Shown: positions 52,633 to 62,739, counted from the first letter of the stretch. The stretch: DNA of 64,000 nucleotides from an uncultured delta proteobacterium (GCA_963753975.1 CAVWEH010000005.1:471287-535286); one strand, 5' to 3'. Program-made: numbers and translations. The notes: generated by a model from the letters alone, not told the origin.

Positions 52633-53898
52633 ATGGCGGAAAAGCTGTTGCCTTTTACAAAAAAACAAGTCGAAAAAATCATCGAAAAATATCCCACGCC
52701 CTTTCACATTTATGACGAGAAGGCTATTCGCCAAAACGCACGTGATTTTAAAAAAACTTTTTCCTGGAATGAAGGATTTAAAGAGTTTTTTGCTGTCAAG
52801 GCCACGCCTAATCCCTATTTGATGAAAATCATGCAAAAGGAAGGTTTTGGTGCCGATTGCAGCTCGCTTGCAGAATTGATTTTGGCCCAAAAAACGGGTA
52901 TCACCGGTGAAGAAATTATGTTTTCTTCCAATGATACGCCCGCGGTTGAATTCGTCAAGGCTCGGGAGTTAAACGCGACGATTAATTTGGATGATATTAT
53001 CCACATTCCTTATTTGGAAAAATATGCCGGACTGCCGGAACTGATTTGCTTTCGCTATAATCCCGGTCCTCTAAAGAAGGGTAATATTATTATCGGCCAT
53101 CCCGAAGAAGCTAAATTTGGCTTTACCCGCGAGCAGCTCTTTGAAGGTTACAAAATATGTAAGGCAAAAGGAATTAAACGTTTTGGCATTCATACGATGG
53201 TTGCTTCCAACGAATTGGATGCCGCTTATTTTGTGGAAACAGCGGAAATTTTGTTTCAGCTTGTTGCTGACATTTCCCGGCAATTAAAAATCTGTTTTGA
53301 GTTTGTAAATTTGGGTGGAGGCGTGGGAATTCCCTATCGCCCGGAACAGCAGCGTATCGATCTTGCCGCAATAAACCGTGGCGTCAAAGAAAAATATGAA
53401 AAAATTATTGTTGCCCATCGCCTCGCGCCGATTAAAATCTTTACAGAATGCGGCCGTTATATTACCGGTCCCTATGGTTATCTTGTTTCCCGTGTCCTGC
53501 ATATTAAGGATACCTATAAGAAATTCGCCGGCCTGGACGCCAGTATGGCGAACTTAATGCGTCCGGCACTTTACGGCGCGTATCATCATATCACGGTCAT
53601 GGGCAAAGAAAAACAACCGCAAAATATTCTTTATGATGTTACAGGTTCGCTTTGTGAAAACAACGATAAATTTGCCATCGACCGTCCTCTACCCAAACTG
53701 GAAAACGGGGATATTATCGTCATTCACGATGCCGGTGCGCACGGCTTTGCTATGGGCTCCAATTATAACGGGAAACTCCGGTCCGCAGAGTTACTTTTAA
53801 GAGAAAACGGCGAAGTCGTGCAAATTCGACGCGCTGAAACCATCAACGATTATCTTGCTACCTTAGACTTTGGCGGTTTAAATAACTTTGCAGTGTAA
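52633..53898 (+). CDS. PLP-dependent decarboxylase, Orn/DAP/Arg family (LysA-like)
   Basis: It has an alanine-racemase-like barrel and a C-terminal CENND motif matching CESGD. Confidence 0.85.
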   Translation: MAEKLLPFTKKQVEKIIEKYPTPFHIYDEKAIRQNARDFKKTFSWNEGFKEFFAVKATPNPYLMKIMQKEGFGADCSSLAELILAQKTGITGEEIMFSSNDTPAVEFVKARELNATINLDDIIHIPYLEKYAGLPELICFRYNPGPLKKGNIIIGHPEEAKFGFTREQLFEGYKICKAKGIKRFGIHTMVASNELDAAYFVETAEILFQLVADISRQLKICFEFVNLGGGVGIPYRPEQQRIDLAAINRGVKEKYEKIIVAHRLAPIKIFTECGRYITGPYGYLVSRVLHIKDTYKKFAGLDASMANLMRPALYGAYHHITVMGKEKQPQNILYDVTGSLCENNDKFAIDRPLPKLENGDIIVIHDAGAHGFAMGSNYNGKLRSAELLLRENGEVVQIRRAETINDYLATLDFGGLNNFAV

Positions 53899-53917
53899 TA
53901 TTAAGTTCAAAGTCGTT

Positions 53918-54380
53918 TCATGAAATGTTAGATTTTTTGCCGGATATTTTTTCAATTCTGATGTCAATAGCAAAAACCTTCTTCAGCATTTTTTCGTTAT
54001 AAGAAAAAGAGCTTCTGCCGGCGTATTTTTCCATAAGTAAATCCAAAGCTTTCTTTTTTTCGTTGGATTTCTCGATAAAAAAACTTCGCCAAAACCGATT
54101 ACAGATAAATATTTCATACTCCAAAAACAAGGTTCTTTACCTTTTATAATCTCTGCGCTCACATCCATCTCGAAACATACTCTGTTATTTTTCCGGAGAA
54201 CATCGATTTTCTTTCCTTCCATAGCTGAATAAAAATAAAGATGCTTTTCGTGGAGGGCAAATTGACCGGAACAATATAAGAACTGTAGCCATCAACCAAA
54301 GCGATCCGACAGATTTTTGCTCTTTGCATGATCGCAACGATTTCCTGATTTTCTTTGATCTCTTTTTCTGCTCCGCGCAT
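53918..54380 (-). pseudogene. Pyridoxamine-5'-phosphate-oxidase-like FMN-binding protein, read through two homopolymer frameshifts
   Basis: Three consecutive ORFs join into ...ICRIALVDGYSSYIVPVN|FALHEKHLYFYSAMEGKKIDVLRKNNRVCFEM...GEVF|FIEKSNEKKKALDL.... The shifts lie at 54259-54263 and in the A7 run at 54077-54083. Confidence 0.6.
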
Positions 54381-54488
54381 ATTTCCTCCTTATAATGAAA
54401 ATATTCACAAGAAATCTTGCTATATTACCGCTGGTTATGATAAAAAAAGGATATAACTTTTTAAGTGCAACCTTAAAAAGGAGACTGC

Positions 54489-55826
54489 ATGAAGAAATTT
54501 AAAAAGTCGATAATTTCTGATTTTCGTCTTGGTATTGCTCTTACGCTCGCCGCATTATTAGTCTTCTTTTTCTTTGGGGCACGCCTGGAAAGACTGGAAT
54601 ACGGCCTATATGATATAAGTGCCCGTCTTCGCGTAAAACCTTTTGTCGCACCAGTTTCAGTAATTGCTATTGATGAACAAAGTATTGCCAATTTTGGACG
54701 ATGGCCCTGGCCGCGATCCTATATTGCCTTTATGATCGATCTTTTGGATTCTTATGAAGCTAAGGTAATTGGACTGGATATCATGTATTCGGAAAAGGAT
54801 CTAAATCATGGTCTCCTGGAAGTACTTAACATCATCAGCACCATTGAAAACAATCCTCAATATTCCCAAAAAAACATGAGCACTATCGTTCTATTGGCGG
54901 CATTAAAAGATGCGGAAAAGCGTCTCGACAATGACTCTATTCTGTCCGATTCAATCGCTGTGAGCAAAAAGATTGTCCTGCCTTTGTTCTTCAATCTGGG
55001 AAGTCCTATCGACAAGTCTTCTACCAGTGGACCTGATTACATCGAAAATAATTCGCTTCCTTCCGGGTTTTTTCTTAACGGCATAACTTCCCGTGAAATG
55101 GTTACACCAATTAATCTCTTTGCCAAAGACGCGCTGGGATTGGGGCACATTAACATCATCCCCGATAGAGACGGTATCATCCGCAGTGAACCTCCGTTCA
55201 TCAATTTTAAAGACAGGCTTTTCCCTTCCTTTGCGCTACAACTTACGTTAAAGTATCTGGATTTGAATTTGAAAGATTTGCAATTGGGCAAGCAATTGAA
55301 ATTTGACAGCAAAATAATCCCTATATATGACAACAATAAGATGCTCATCGACTTTACGCGCGGGGTTCCTTACTATTCGTTTTTCGACGTCATCAATAAA
55401 AAGATTCCTCCTGAAGCATTTAAGGATAAGATTGTAATTATTGCGCCAAGTACCGCCGGATTAGGAGTAATGCATACTACACCTATAGCTTTCAATGTTC
55501 CACAGGCAAAAATCGTCGCTAACGCCATTGACAACATGATCAACAACGATCATATTTTGCGGCCAACATGGGCATTGTGTCTTGAATTATTGATGATTTT
55601 CTTCTTCGGCCTTTACATCGCCTTAATTATACCGCAACTAAAAGTGTCTATTGGCGTCATTATATCTTTAGCGCTTCTAGTATTGTGGCTGACAACCGGC
55701 GTTTATCTCTTTATGGTTCACGGCTATTGGATAAAATCCATTTACCCCGCTCTTTTGCTGATAGTCGGCCATATTGCCGTGATATCCAAAAGATATCTAC
55801 TTGCCAACATTAAAAGAGCACATTGA
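54489..55826 (+). CDS. CHASE2-domain membrane sensor with a C-terminal 3-TM bundle and no output domain
   Basis: It carries the hallmark GRWPWPRS and has CHASE2 topology. Confidence 0.8.
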   Translation: MKKFKKSIISDFRLGIALTLAALLVFFFFGARLERLEYGLYDISARLRVKPFVAPVSVIAIDEQSIANFGRWPWPRSYIAFMIDLLDSYEAKVIGLDIMYSEKDLNHGLLEVLNIISTIENNPQYSQKNMSTIVLLAALKDAEKRLDNDSILSDSIAVSKKIVLPLFFNLGSPIDKSSTSGPDYIENNSLPSGFFLNGITSREMVTPINLFAKDALGLGHINIIPDRDGIIRSEPPFINFKDRLFPSFALQLTLKYLDLNLKDLQLGKQLKFDSKIIPIYDNNKMLIDFTRGVPYYSFFDVINKKIPPEAFKDKIVIIAPSTAGLGVMHTTPIAFNVPQAKIVANAIDNMINNDHILRPTWALCLELLMIFFFGLYIALIIPQLKVSIGVIISLALLVLWLTTGVYLFMVHGYWIKSIYPALLLIVGHIAVISKRYLLANIKRAH

Positions 55827-55932
55827 TGCGGACAGTGTTGAATTTAACGAAATACCGAAACAAGATAGCAAACAGGTAAAAAATTAACGGATGCTTTAAT
55901 AGCCTCCTTAAATTAAATTTACTTCAAAGAAG

Positions 55933-56754
55933 GTGACTGGCTGGATGAGATTGCATAAATTGAATTTAACCGCCGCCGGCAGAACCGATCAAGGACTGGT
56001 TCGTTCAAATAACGAAGATAATTACTATGTGGACATTAAAGCCGGACTTCTGATTGTAGCTGATGGAATGGGCGGTCATTCTGCGGGAGAAATAGCCAGT
56101 AAAATAGCCGTTAATGTCATTAGCGATTATTTTCAACGAGAAAATAAGTTTACCGGCAATTATGATCACCCGTACAGTCCGGCAACAAATAAACTTAATT
56201 CCGCGTTGCGTTTGGCCAATTTAGCTGTCTTTGAAGCAGGGCAAAGTTCTCCTCAATTGAAGGGGATGGGAACGACTATTGCCGCAACGCTAATGATCGG
56301 CAACAAACTCAGCATCGCCCATATTGGTGACAGCCGCGTTTATTTAATCAGATCGAACAATATCGAACAGTTGACCGATGACCATTCGATCGTCAATGAA
56401 CAATTTAGACGTGATATAATCACTAAAGAAGAAGCGGCAAACTCCAACATTAAAAATTTACTCACTAAAGCTCTGGGAATCAGCCCGGAAGCGGAAGCAG
56501 AATTAAATGAACTTACCTTATTTGGTGATGATATACTACTTTTGTGTAGCGATGGTCTGAACACTATGCTAACTGATGAATCAATACTGAAAATAATATC
56601 TTTGGCGAAACGACCCGGTGACGCCTGCGAACTTTTGATTGACGCAGCTAACGAAAAAGGCGGTAAAGATAATATTACTGTGATTGTAGGTTATATTAAA
56701 AAGAAAAAACGCTATCCGGCATTTAATAAATTTACAGGATCTCTTAGGAGGTAA
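55933..56754 (+). CDS. PP2C-family Ser/Thr protein phosphatase
   Basis: LIVADGMGGHSAGEIAS and metal-binding Asp motifs are present. Confidence 0.9.
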   Translation: MTGWMRLHKLNLTAAGRTDQGLVRSNNEDNYYVDIKAGLLIVADGMGGHSAGEIASKIAVNVISDYFQRENKFTGNYDHPYSPATNKLNSALRLANLAVFEAGQSSPQLKGMGTTIAATLMIGNKLSIAHIGDSRVYLIRSNNIEQLTDDHSIVNEQFRRDIITKEEAANSNIKNLLTKALGISPEAEAELNELTLFGDDILLLCSDGLNTMLTDESILKIISLAKRPGDACELLIDAANEKGGKDNITVIVGYIKKKKRYPAFNKFTGSLRR

Positions 56755-56757
56755 TGT

Positions 56758-57513
56758 ATGACAAGAATATTATTAAAATACAAAAAAAATGTAATTAAAG
56801 ATATTATCATGGAGAAAAAATTGCTAACTATCGGCAGGAAATCGGACAATGATATTTTTATCGATAATCAGGCCGTCTCCGGACATCACGCTGTGATAAA
56901 AATTGAAGGCGATGGTCTGTTTATCGAAGATTTAAACAGCCTTAACGGCACATTCTTAGAAGGCGATGGTCTGTTTATCGAAGATTTAAACAGCCTTAAC
57001 GGCACATTCTTAAACGGCCAAAAGGTATCTAAAGGCCAACTTTACAATGGTGATGTCATTTTAATTGGCGTATATACATTAGAGGTTATTTCTGACAAAA
57101 TAAGAGGAAAAGATAAAAGGAGTTTTACTATTCGCGGTCACTCCATGGAAGAAACCGTCGTTATAGCTCCGGATGATAAAAAGAAGATATTGATCTCTGC
57201 CGATAAAAGCGTACAAGATCCGCTGGGAGGATTCATCGTCATTGAAGGATCAACTGATAGTAAAGAGTACCAATTTAAAGATAGAGTCTCAGCAATCGGC
57301 AAACAAAATGGTTCGGCGATAAAACTTAAAGGTCTTTTTGCACCCAAAGTAGCCGCGTTGGTCAACCGCCGCAAAGAAGGTTATTTTATTACACCATCAA
57401 ACAACAAGGAATTGAAAATAAACGGCAAAGAAATTGACCACCGCTATGATTTAAAAGACGGTGATATTGTGGAAGTGGCCAAGCTTAAATTACAATTTTA
57501 TCTTAAAGAGTAA
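56758..57513 (+). CDS. FHA-domain protein (canonical FHA plus a degenerate second FHA)
   Basis: It reads TIGRKSDNDIFIDNQAVSGHHAVI...SLNGTFLNG and contains an exact 18-aa internal duplication. Confidence 0.8.
   Translation: MTRILLKYKKNVIKDIIMEKKLLTIGRKSDNDIFIDNQAVSGHHAVIKIEGDGLFIEDLNSLNGTFLEGDGLFIEDLNSLNGTFLNGQKVSKGQLYNGDVILIGVYTLEVISDKIRGKDKRSFTIRGHSMEETVVIAPDDKKKILISADKSVQDPLGGFIVIEGSTDSKEYQFKDRVSAIGKQNGSAIKLKGLFAPKVAALVNRRKEGYFITPSNNKELKINGKEIDHRYDLKDGDIVEVAKLKLQFYLKE
56905..57012 (+). repeat. Exact 54 bp tandem duplication inside the FHA gene
   Basis: GAAGGCGATGGTCTGTTTATCGAAGATTTAAACAGCCTTAACGGCACATTCTTA occurs twice back to back, in frame. Confidence 0.9.
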
Positions 57514-57535
57514 AAGACCCTTTACAAGAGAATCC

Positions 57536-58342
57536 ATGAATACAATAGCAAATCGTCCCATAGGTGTCTTTGATTCGGGTATCGGCGGCCTGACCGTCGT
57601 TCGCGCCCTGATGGAATGCCTGCCTTTTGAAAATATTATTTACTTTGGCGATACTGCGCGCGTTCCTTATGGAATAAAGTCCGTTGAGACCATCAATCGC
57701 TACGCTGCGCAAATCACCGAATTTCTCCTCAAGAAGGATGTGAAATTATTGATAGTTGCGTGCAATACAATGGCGGCAGTAGCCTATAAGACGATAAAAG
57801 AGCTTTCCCACGTTCCGGTTCTCGAAGTGATCAAGGCCAGCGCCAAAAGCGCCGTCCAGGATACCCGCACGAAATCCATCGGCGTCATCGGCACCCCGGC
57901 AACCATCAACAGCAATGCTTATGCCCGCGCTATCAATCTCCTAGACAGAGACGCAAAGATTTTTTCGCAGGCTTGCCCGCTTTTCGTGCCGCTCGTCGAG
58001 GAGGGTTGGTTTGATCATCCGGCAACGCGGCTCATTGCCCAGGAATACTTAAAGCCGGTGGTTGCCGAAAAAGTCGACACGTTGGTTCTGGGCTGCACTC
58101 ATTATCCGCTTTTAAGATCTCTACTACAAGATATTGTGGGACGGAAAGTGAAGCTTATTGACTCGGCCCAAGCAATGGCTGACATTGCTTCAGCTTTAAT
58201 CGATAAACAAAACATTGCGAACAAAGATTCCCATAAGCCCGATTATCTTTTCTGCGTCAGCGATGTTCCTTACCGTTTTCAAACAATCGGTGAACGCTTT
58301 CTGGGGCGCACGCTCGGCCGGGTGGAATTGGTAAGACTTTAA
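57536..58342 (+). CDS. murI: Glutamate racemase
   Basis: The product starts MNTIANRPIGVFDSGIGGLTV and has both catalytic Cys contexts. Confidence 0.9.
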   Translation: MNTIANRPIGVFDSGIGGLTVVRALMECLPFENIIYFGDTARVPYGIKSVETINRYAAQITEFLLKKDVKLLIVACNTMAAVAYKTIKELSHVPVLEVIKASAKSAVQDTRTKSIGVIGTPATINSNAYARAINLLDRDAKIFSQACPLFVPLVEEGWFDHPATRLIAQEYLKPVVAEKVDTLVLGCTHYPLLRSLLQDIVGRKVKLIDSAQAMADIASALIDKQNIANKDSHKPDYLFCVSDVPYRFQTIGERFLGRTLGRVELVRL

Positions 58343-58394
58343 ATAACCTTTATTCCGCCTTTCGCTTTGTTCGAAATAAATTCAGGCGCGATTT

Positions 58395-59864
58395 ATGAAA
58401 ATTATCCTGGCCGGTTACAATTTAGATTACGACCTCATCCGCGAGCTTAAGGATAAAAGCGCCTTAAAGCAAGACTTGACGCCGGAAACTATTTCGGCGG
58501 CCTATGCCCGCATCAGCCGCAGTCCCAAGCCCGTCAACGAACTGCGGGAAATCGCCCGCGCCGAAGTCGACAAAGCGCGGCAGTCCAATCGCAATATCGT
58601 TTTTTCCATGGGGCATAGTTCTGTCGCCGAACACGCTGTTTTCAATATCGACATTTTAGGTGTTTCCCGTCTTCTCGTCGAAGAAATCGAAAAATTCCGT
58701 CTATGTTCCTTTACGGAAAAATCTCAGCGTTATGTTCTTTTTGACAAAGATTTTGTCGTCCCGGAAGAAATCAAACAATCCGGTTTCACTGATCTTTTCA
58801 TCGGCACCATCAAAATGCAAAATGACTATTACCATCAACTCTATGACCAATTAAAGCCTTACATTTTCTTAAAAAACAAGTCTCTGGCGGAAAATCCCAC
58901 CAATCGTTCGCTTCTGGAAGGCTGGGCTAAAGAAGATGCCCGCTATGTGATAGCGCTGGCCACTGAAACTCAACTGGGTATGACAATCAATGCCCGCAAT
59001 TTGGAACTTATGTTGCGGCGCTTGGCCGCGCTTCCTTTTACCGAAGCGCACGAATACAGCAAAAAATTGCACGCGGCGACTAAAGATATCGCTCCTTCTT
59101 TGATTCGTTATATTCATGCTAGCGATTACGATAGGCTAACCAGACCTAATTTACATAAACAGACTGAAACTTTCTCTGCACGATATAATAAAACAATAAC
59201 CTCTAAACAATCCGGCGCCGCGTATTTGACTTTCTTTTCACCATCCGCCGATATAAAAGTCGCCACGTGTTTGCTTTTTTCTTCATCCAATTTAAATTAT
59301 TCTCAATGTTTAAACTGCGCAACCAGCATGTCACAAAAAGACCTTAAACTTTTGCTGAAAACGACTTTCGAATATCTTCAGTCTCATGACGCGGTGCTGA
59401 GGGAATTGGAAAATGTCGATCTTCAATTTGAGCTTATAGTAAGCGCCAGCTGCTTCGCTCAATTGAAAAGGCACCGTACGGCCACAATAATAGCTCAAGA
59501 CTATCATCCGCAATTAGGCGTAACAATTCCTCCTTCCATTCGGGCAATCGGTGAGCAAAAGAATTTCATGGCAATTATGCGCCATACACAAAACGCTTAC
59601 GAGCAAATTAAGAAAAAAGCGCCCCTCGCCGCCGCTTATATTCTCACTAACGCGCACCGCAGACGAGTTTTGATGAAATTCAATGCCCGCGAATTATATC
59701 ATTTGGCACGCCTACGTGCCGATCGACACGCGCAATGGGATATTCATGAATTGACGGAAGAGATGCTCAAGCGAGCAAAAAAAGTTATGCCCCTTACGCT
59801 TATGATGGCCTGTGGCAAAGACAATTTTGCAAAACTCTACGAAAAGACTTTTACGCGCATTTGA
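58395..59864 (+). CDS. ThyX-like (flavin-dependent thymidylate synthase fold) protein of double length
   Basis: The N-terminal half has GHSSVAEH and SQRY, but the RHR motif is replaced by KFR. The C-terminal half has LKRHR and NARELYHLARLRADRHAQWDI, which matches ThyX. Confidence 0.65.
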   Translation: MKIILAGYNLDYDLIRELKDKSALKQDLTPETISAAYARISRSPKPVNELREIARAEVDKARQSNRNIVFSMGHSSVAEHAVFNIDILGVSRLLVEEIEKFRLCSFTEKSQRYVLFDKDFVVPEEIKQSGFTDLFIGTIKMQNDYYHQLYDQLKPYIFLKNKSLAENPTNRSLLEGWAKEDARYVIALATETQLGMTINARNLELMLRRLAALPFTEAHEYSKKLHAATKDIAPSLIRYIHASDYDRLTRPNLHKQTETFSARYNKTITSKQSGAAYLTFFSPSADIKVATCLLFSSSNLNYSQCLNCATSMSQKDLKLLLKTTFEYLQSHDAVLRELENVDLQFELIVSASCFAQLKRHRTATIIAQDYHPQLGVTIPPSIRAIGEQKNFMAIMRHTQNAYEQIKKKAPLAAAYILTNAHRRRVLMKFNARELYHLARLRADRHAQWDIHELTEEMLKRAKKVMPLTLMMACGKDNFAKLYEKTFTRI

Positions 59865-59894
59865 AGATATTTTACCCTAACAAAACAAGATCAC

Positions 59895-61340
59895 ATGACA
59901 GATAAAAGACATTTTTATATCCTTCTTGCCACCACTTTAAGTTCGTTTCTGACACCGTTTATGGGATCGGCCGTAAATGTCGCCCTACCCAATATGGCTA
60001 AAGACTTATCTATGACGGCTCTTTCCTTGAGTTGGGTAGCTACATCTTTCCTCCTGGCTGCGGCGATCACGCTTGTTCCTTTGGGACGATTAGCTGATAT
60101 TTATGGTCGCAAAAGAATTTTTCTTTACGGCGCTATAATTTTCACGCTTGCTTCCTTCCTTTGTATATGGTCTCCGACTCAGTCTTTTTTGATTTTTGCC
60201 CGCGTTATTCAAGGCATTGGCGGCGCGATGATTTTCGGCACTGGTACAGCAATGCTGATTTCCGCATACCCTATCGGAGAAAGAGGCAAAATATTAGGAA
60301 TCAATCTCGCTGGAGTTTATACCGGGCTGACCATTGGCCCTTTTATCGGCGGCCTCTTGACTGAGCATTTAGGGTGGAGATACATTTTCCTTTTCACGGT
60401 CATTTTGGGCATAGTTATTATTGCCATCGTCGCCGGCCTCATTAAGGAAGAATGGTCGGAAGCCAAAGATGAGCATTTTGATATTACCGGTTCTTTGCTT
60501 TACGCGGTTGCTCTTTTTGCCATCATGTATGGATTTTCTTTACTCCCGGCATGGAGGGCCGGGTTTCTCATAGGGTTAGGTGTATTTTGTCTTTTTTTCT
60601 TTATCCGGCAACAATTAACAAGGCCTTTCCCTCTGCTCGATATCCGTCTGTTTCTCGATAATAAAGTTTTTGCTTTTTCCAATTTGGCCGCACTCATTAA
60701 TTACTGCGCGACATTCGCGGTGACTTTTTTGCTGAGCCTCTATTTGCAGCATATTAAAATGCTGACACCCTCTCAGACGGGAATCATTCTCGTTGCCGAA
60801 CCAGTGGTGCAGGCCTTTTTCTCCCCTTTCGCCGGAAGGCTTTCCGATCGTTTTGAACCGCAGATTATCGCCTCCATCGGTATGGCTTTGAATGTTATCG
60901 GCTTGATTCCGCTTATTTTTATTCATGCCGATACTGCGACTTCCTATATTATATCTTGTTTAGTCTTGCTGGGAATCGGCTTCGCTCTCTTTTCTTCTCC
61001 CAATGTCAACGCCACGATGAGTGCTGTCGGCAATAAATTCTTCGGCGTTGCTTCGGCAACACTCGCCACTATGCGGCTTACCGGTCAAATGTTCAGCATG
61101 GGCATAACAATGCTGGTCTTCGCCGTTATTTTAGGAAATAATCCTATTTCACAAGATGGAGGTACGCTTCTTTTAAAAAGTGTTCAGGTCATATTCTTTC
61201 TACTGGCTGTCATTTGTTTCGGCGGAATATTTGCTTCCGCAGCCCGCGGCAAGGTTCATCGATACCGCGGGAGGTCGCGTTATTATAGGGAGCCTCCTGC
61301 TCCTTCCGGAGGTGGCTCCACTGAAAATAAATTTAATTAG
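59895..61340 (+). CDS. MFS transporter, DHA2-like with 14 TMS
   Basis: MFS signature G(x)LaDrxGrkR-like (GRLADIYGRKR) is present with 14 hydrophobic segments. Confidence 0.85.
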   Translation: MTDKRHFYILLATTLSSFLTPFMGSAVNVALPNMAKDLSMTALSLSWVATSFLLAAAITLVPLGRLADIYGRKRIFLYGAIIFTLASFLCIWSPTQSFLIFARVIQGIGGAMIFGTGTAMLISAYPIGERGKILGINLAGVYTGLTIGPFIGGLLTEHLGWRYIFLFTVILGIVIIAIVAGLIKEEWSEAKDEHFDITGSLLYAVALFAIMYGFSLLPAWRAGFLIGLGVFCLFFFIRQQLTRPFPLLDIRLFLDNKVFAFSNLAALINYCATFAVTFLLSLYLQHIKMLTPSQTGIILVAEPVVQAFFSPFAGRLSDRFEPQIIASIGMALNVIGLIPLIFIHADTATSYIISCLVLLGIGFALFSSPNVNATMSAVGNKFFGVASATLATMRLTGQMFSMGITMLVFAVILGNNPISQDGGTLLLKSVQVIFFLLAVICFGGIFASAARGKVHRYRGRSRYYREPPAPSGGGSTENKFN

Positions 61341-62079
61341 TTTTGCTATCGGGTTTTCCGCCGGGATATTCGGCGGTCTTGTCGGTCTGGGCGGTGGATT
61401 GATTATGATTCCTTTGATGGTTGGAGTTTTGAAGTTAACCCAGCACAAGGCTCACGGTACTAGTTTGGTGGCGCTGGTTTTTACGGGAATCGGCGGAGCA
61501 ATAACCTATGCCTTAAATGGAGCGATTGATATTAGGGCAGCTGTGCTTTTAACTCTAACAGCAGTATTCACCGCACCATTAGGCGCGCGTTATGCACATG
61601 CTCTTGCGGAATGGAAGTTAAAAAAGACTTTTGGAGCATTTTTGATTTTTTGTTCGGTCCTTTTGCTTTTAAAACCATATTTAATAAATTTCATCAGCCC
61701 TCTTCCTGATTTCACGAAAATAATCGTATTTTTAATAACCGGTGTTTTTACCGGATTTCTTTCGGGAATGATGGGAGTTGGCGGTGGAACGATAATGGTT
61801 CCCGTAATGGTTCTTTTGACCGGGTTTACCCAGCATATAGCGCAAGGAACATCGCTTTTAGTCATGGTTCCCACTGGTGGTATAGGCGCCTTCACCCATT
61901 GGAAGCTGGGGAATGTTAAAGCAGAAATTCTTTATGGTCTCGTACCGGGTATCCTTCTCGGCACATATTTAGGAGGGAATCTGGCCAATATAATCTCCGA
62001 CAATACGTTGCGTCTGATGTTCGCTGTAATAATAATTTTCCTGGGTTTCCGATATTTTACAACTTCATCTCCAGAGTAA
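61312..62079 (+). CDS. TauE/SafE (DUF81) family anion exporter
   Basis: It has internal repeat halves with GGLVGLGGGLIMIP and GMMGVGGGTIMVP. The start is uncertain because it overlaps the end of the MFS gene. Confidence 0.7.
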   Translation: MAPLKINLISFAIGFSAGIFGGLVGLGGGLIMIPLMVGVLKLTQHKAHGTSLVALVFTGIGGAITYALNGAIDIRAAVLLTLTAVFTAPLGARYAHALAEWKLKKTFGAFLIFCSVLLLLKPYLINFISPLPDFTKIIVFLITGVFTGFLSGMMGVGGGTIMVPVMVLLTGFTQHIAQGTSLLVMVPTGGIGAFTHWKLGNVKAEILYGLVPGILLGTYLGGNLANIISDNTLRLMFAVIIIFLGFRYFTTSSPE

Positions 62080-62098
62080 AGGATGTAAAGATAAAACC

Positions 62099-62599
62099 AT
62101 GATTCGTAAATGTGATCAAAAAGATTTTGAAGAAATACTGGAAATCATCACCGATGCAGCACAAGCTTACAAAGGAGTAATTCCGGCTGATCGGTGGCAT
62201 GAACCATACATGTCTCGCCGGCAACTGCAAAAGGAAATTCATGCGGGTGTCAGCTTCTGGGCATTGGAAGAAAAAGATAGATTGATCGGCGTGATGGGAA
62301 TTCAGGATAAAGGGGAAGTTACCCTTATCCGTCATGCCTACGTTCGATCACATCTGCGAAATCACGGAGCAGGTTCCCGACTTCTGCGGTTTCTCGAATC
62401 GATCACAGAAAAGCCGATTCTGATCGGTACATGGGCAGATGCAATTTGGGCACTGTCTTTTTACCAGAAGAACGGCTACCGGCTCGTTTCAATAGACGAA
62501 AAAAACCGTTTGCTTAAAAAGTATTGGAGCATCCCCGGACGCCAGATCGAAACTTCCGTAGTTCTGGCCGGAACAAAATGGAAAAAACAAAATGTTTAA
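62099..62599 (+). CDS. GNAT-family N-acetyltransferase
   Basis: It is 166 aa with the acetyl-CoA motif RNHGAGSRLL. Confidence 0.8.
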   Translation: MIRKCDQKDFEEILEIITDAAQAYKGVIPADRWHEPYMSRRQLQKEIHAGVSFWALEEKDRLIGVMGIQDKGEVTLIRHAYVRSHLRNHGAGSRLLRFLESITEKPILIGTWADAIWALSFYQKNGYRLVSIDEKNRLLKKYWSIPGRQIETSVVLAGTKWKKQNV

Positions 62600-62710
62600 T
62601 TTCAATAGATTGACTAAGCATTTATTTCCGCCCGAACGATTTTCTATGGCATTCTTTACCCTGAGCCCCCGGAATGCCTGACTCTGCGGTCATAAGCTAA
62701 AAGAAAAAAA

Positions 62711-62739
62711 TTGACACGCATGTCTCTTCTTCATATACT
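62711..62739 (+). promoter_or_regulatory. Near-consensus sigma-70 promoter for the NMO gene
   Basis: TTGACA-N17-TATACT lies about 85 nt upstream of the ATG. An AGGAGG Shine-Dalgarno is at 62809. Confidence 0.5.
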
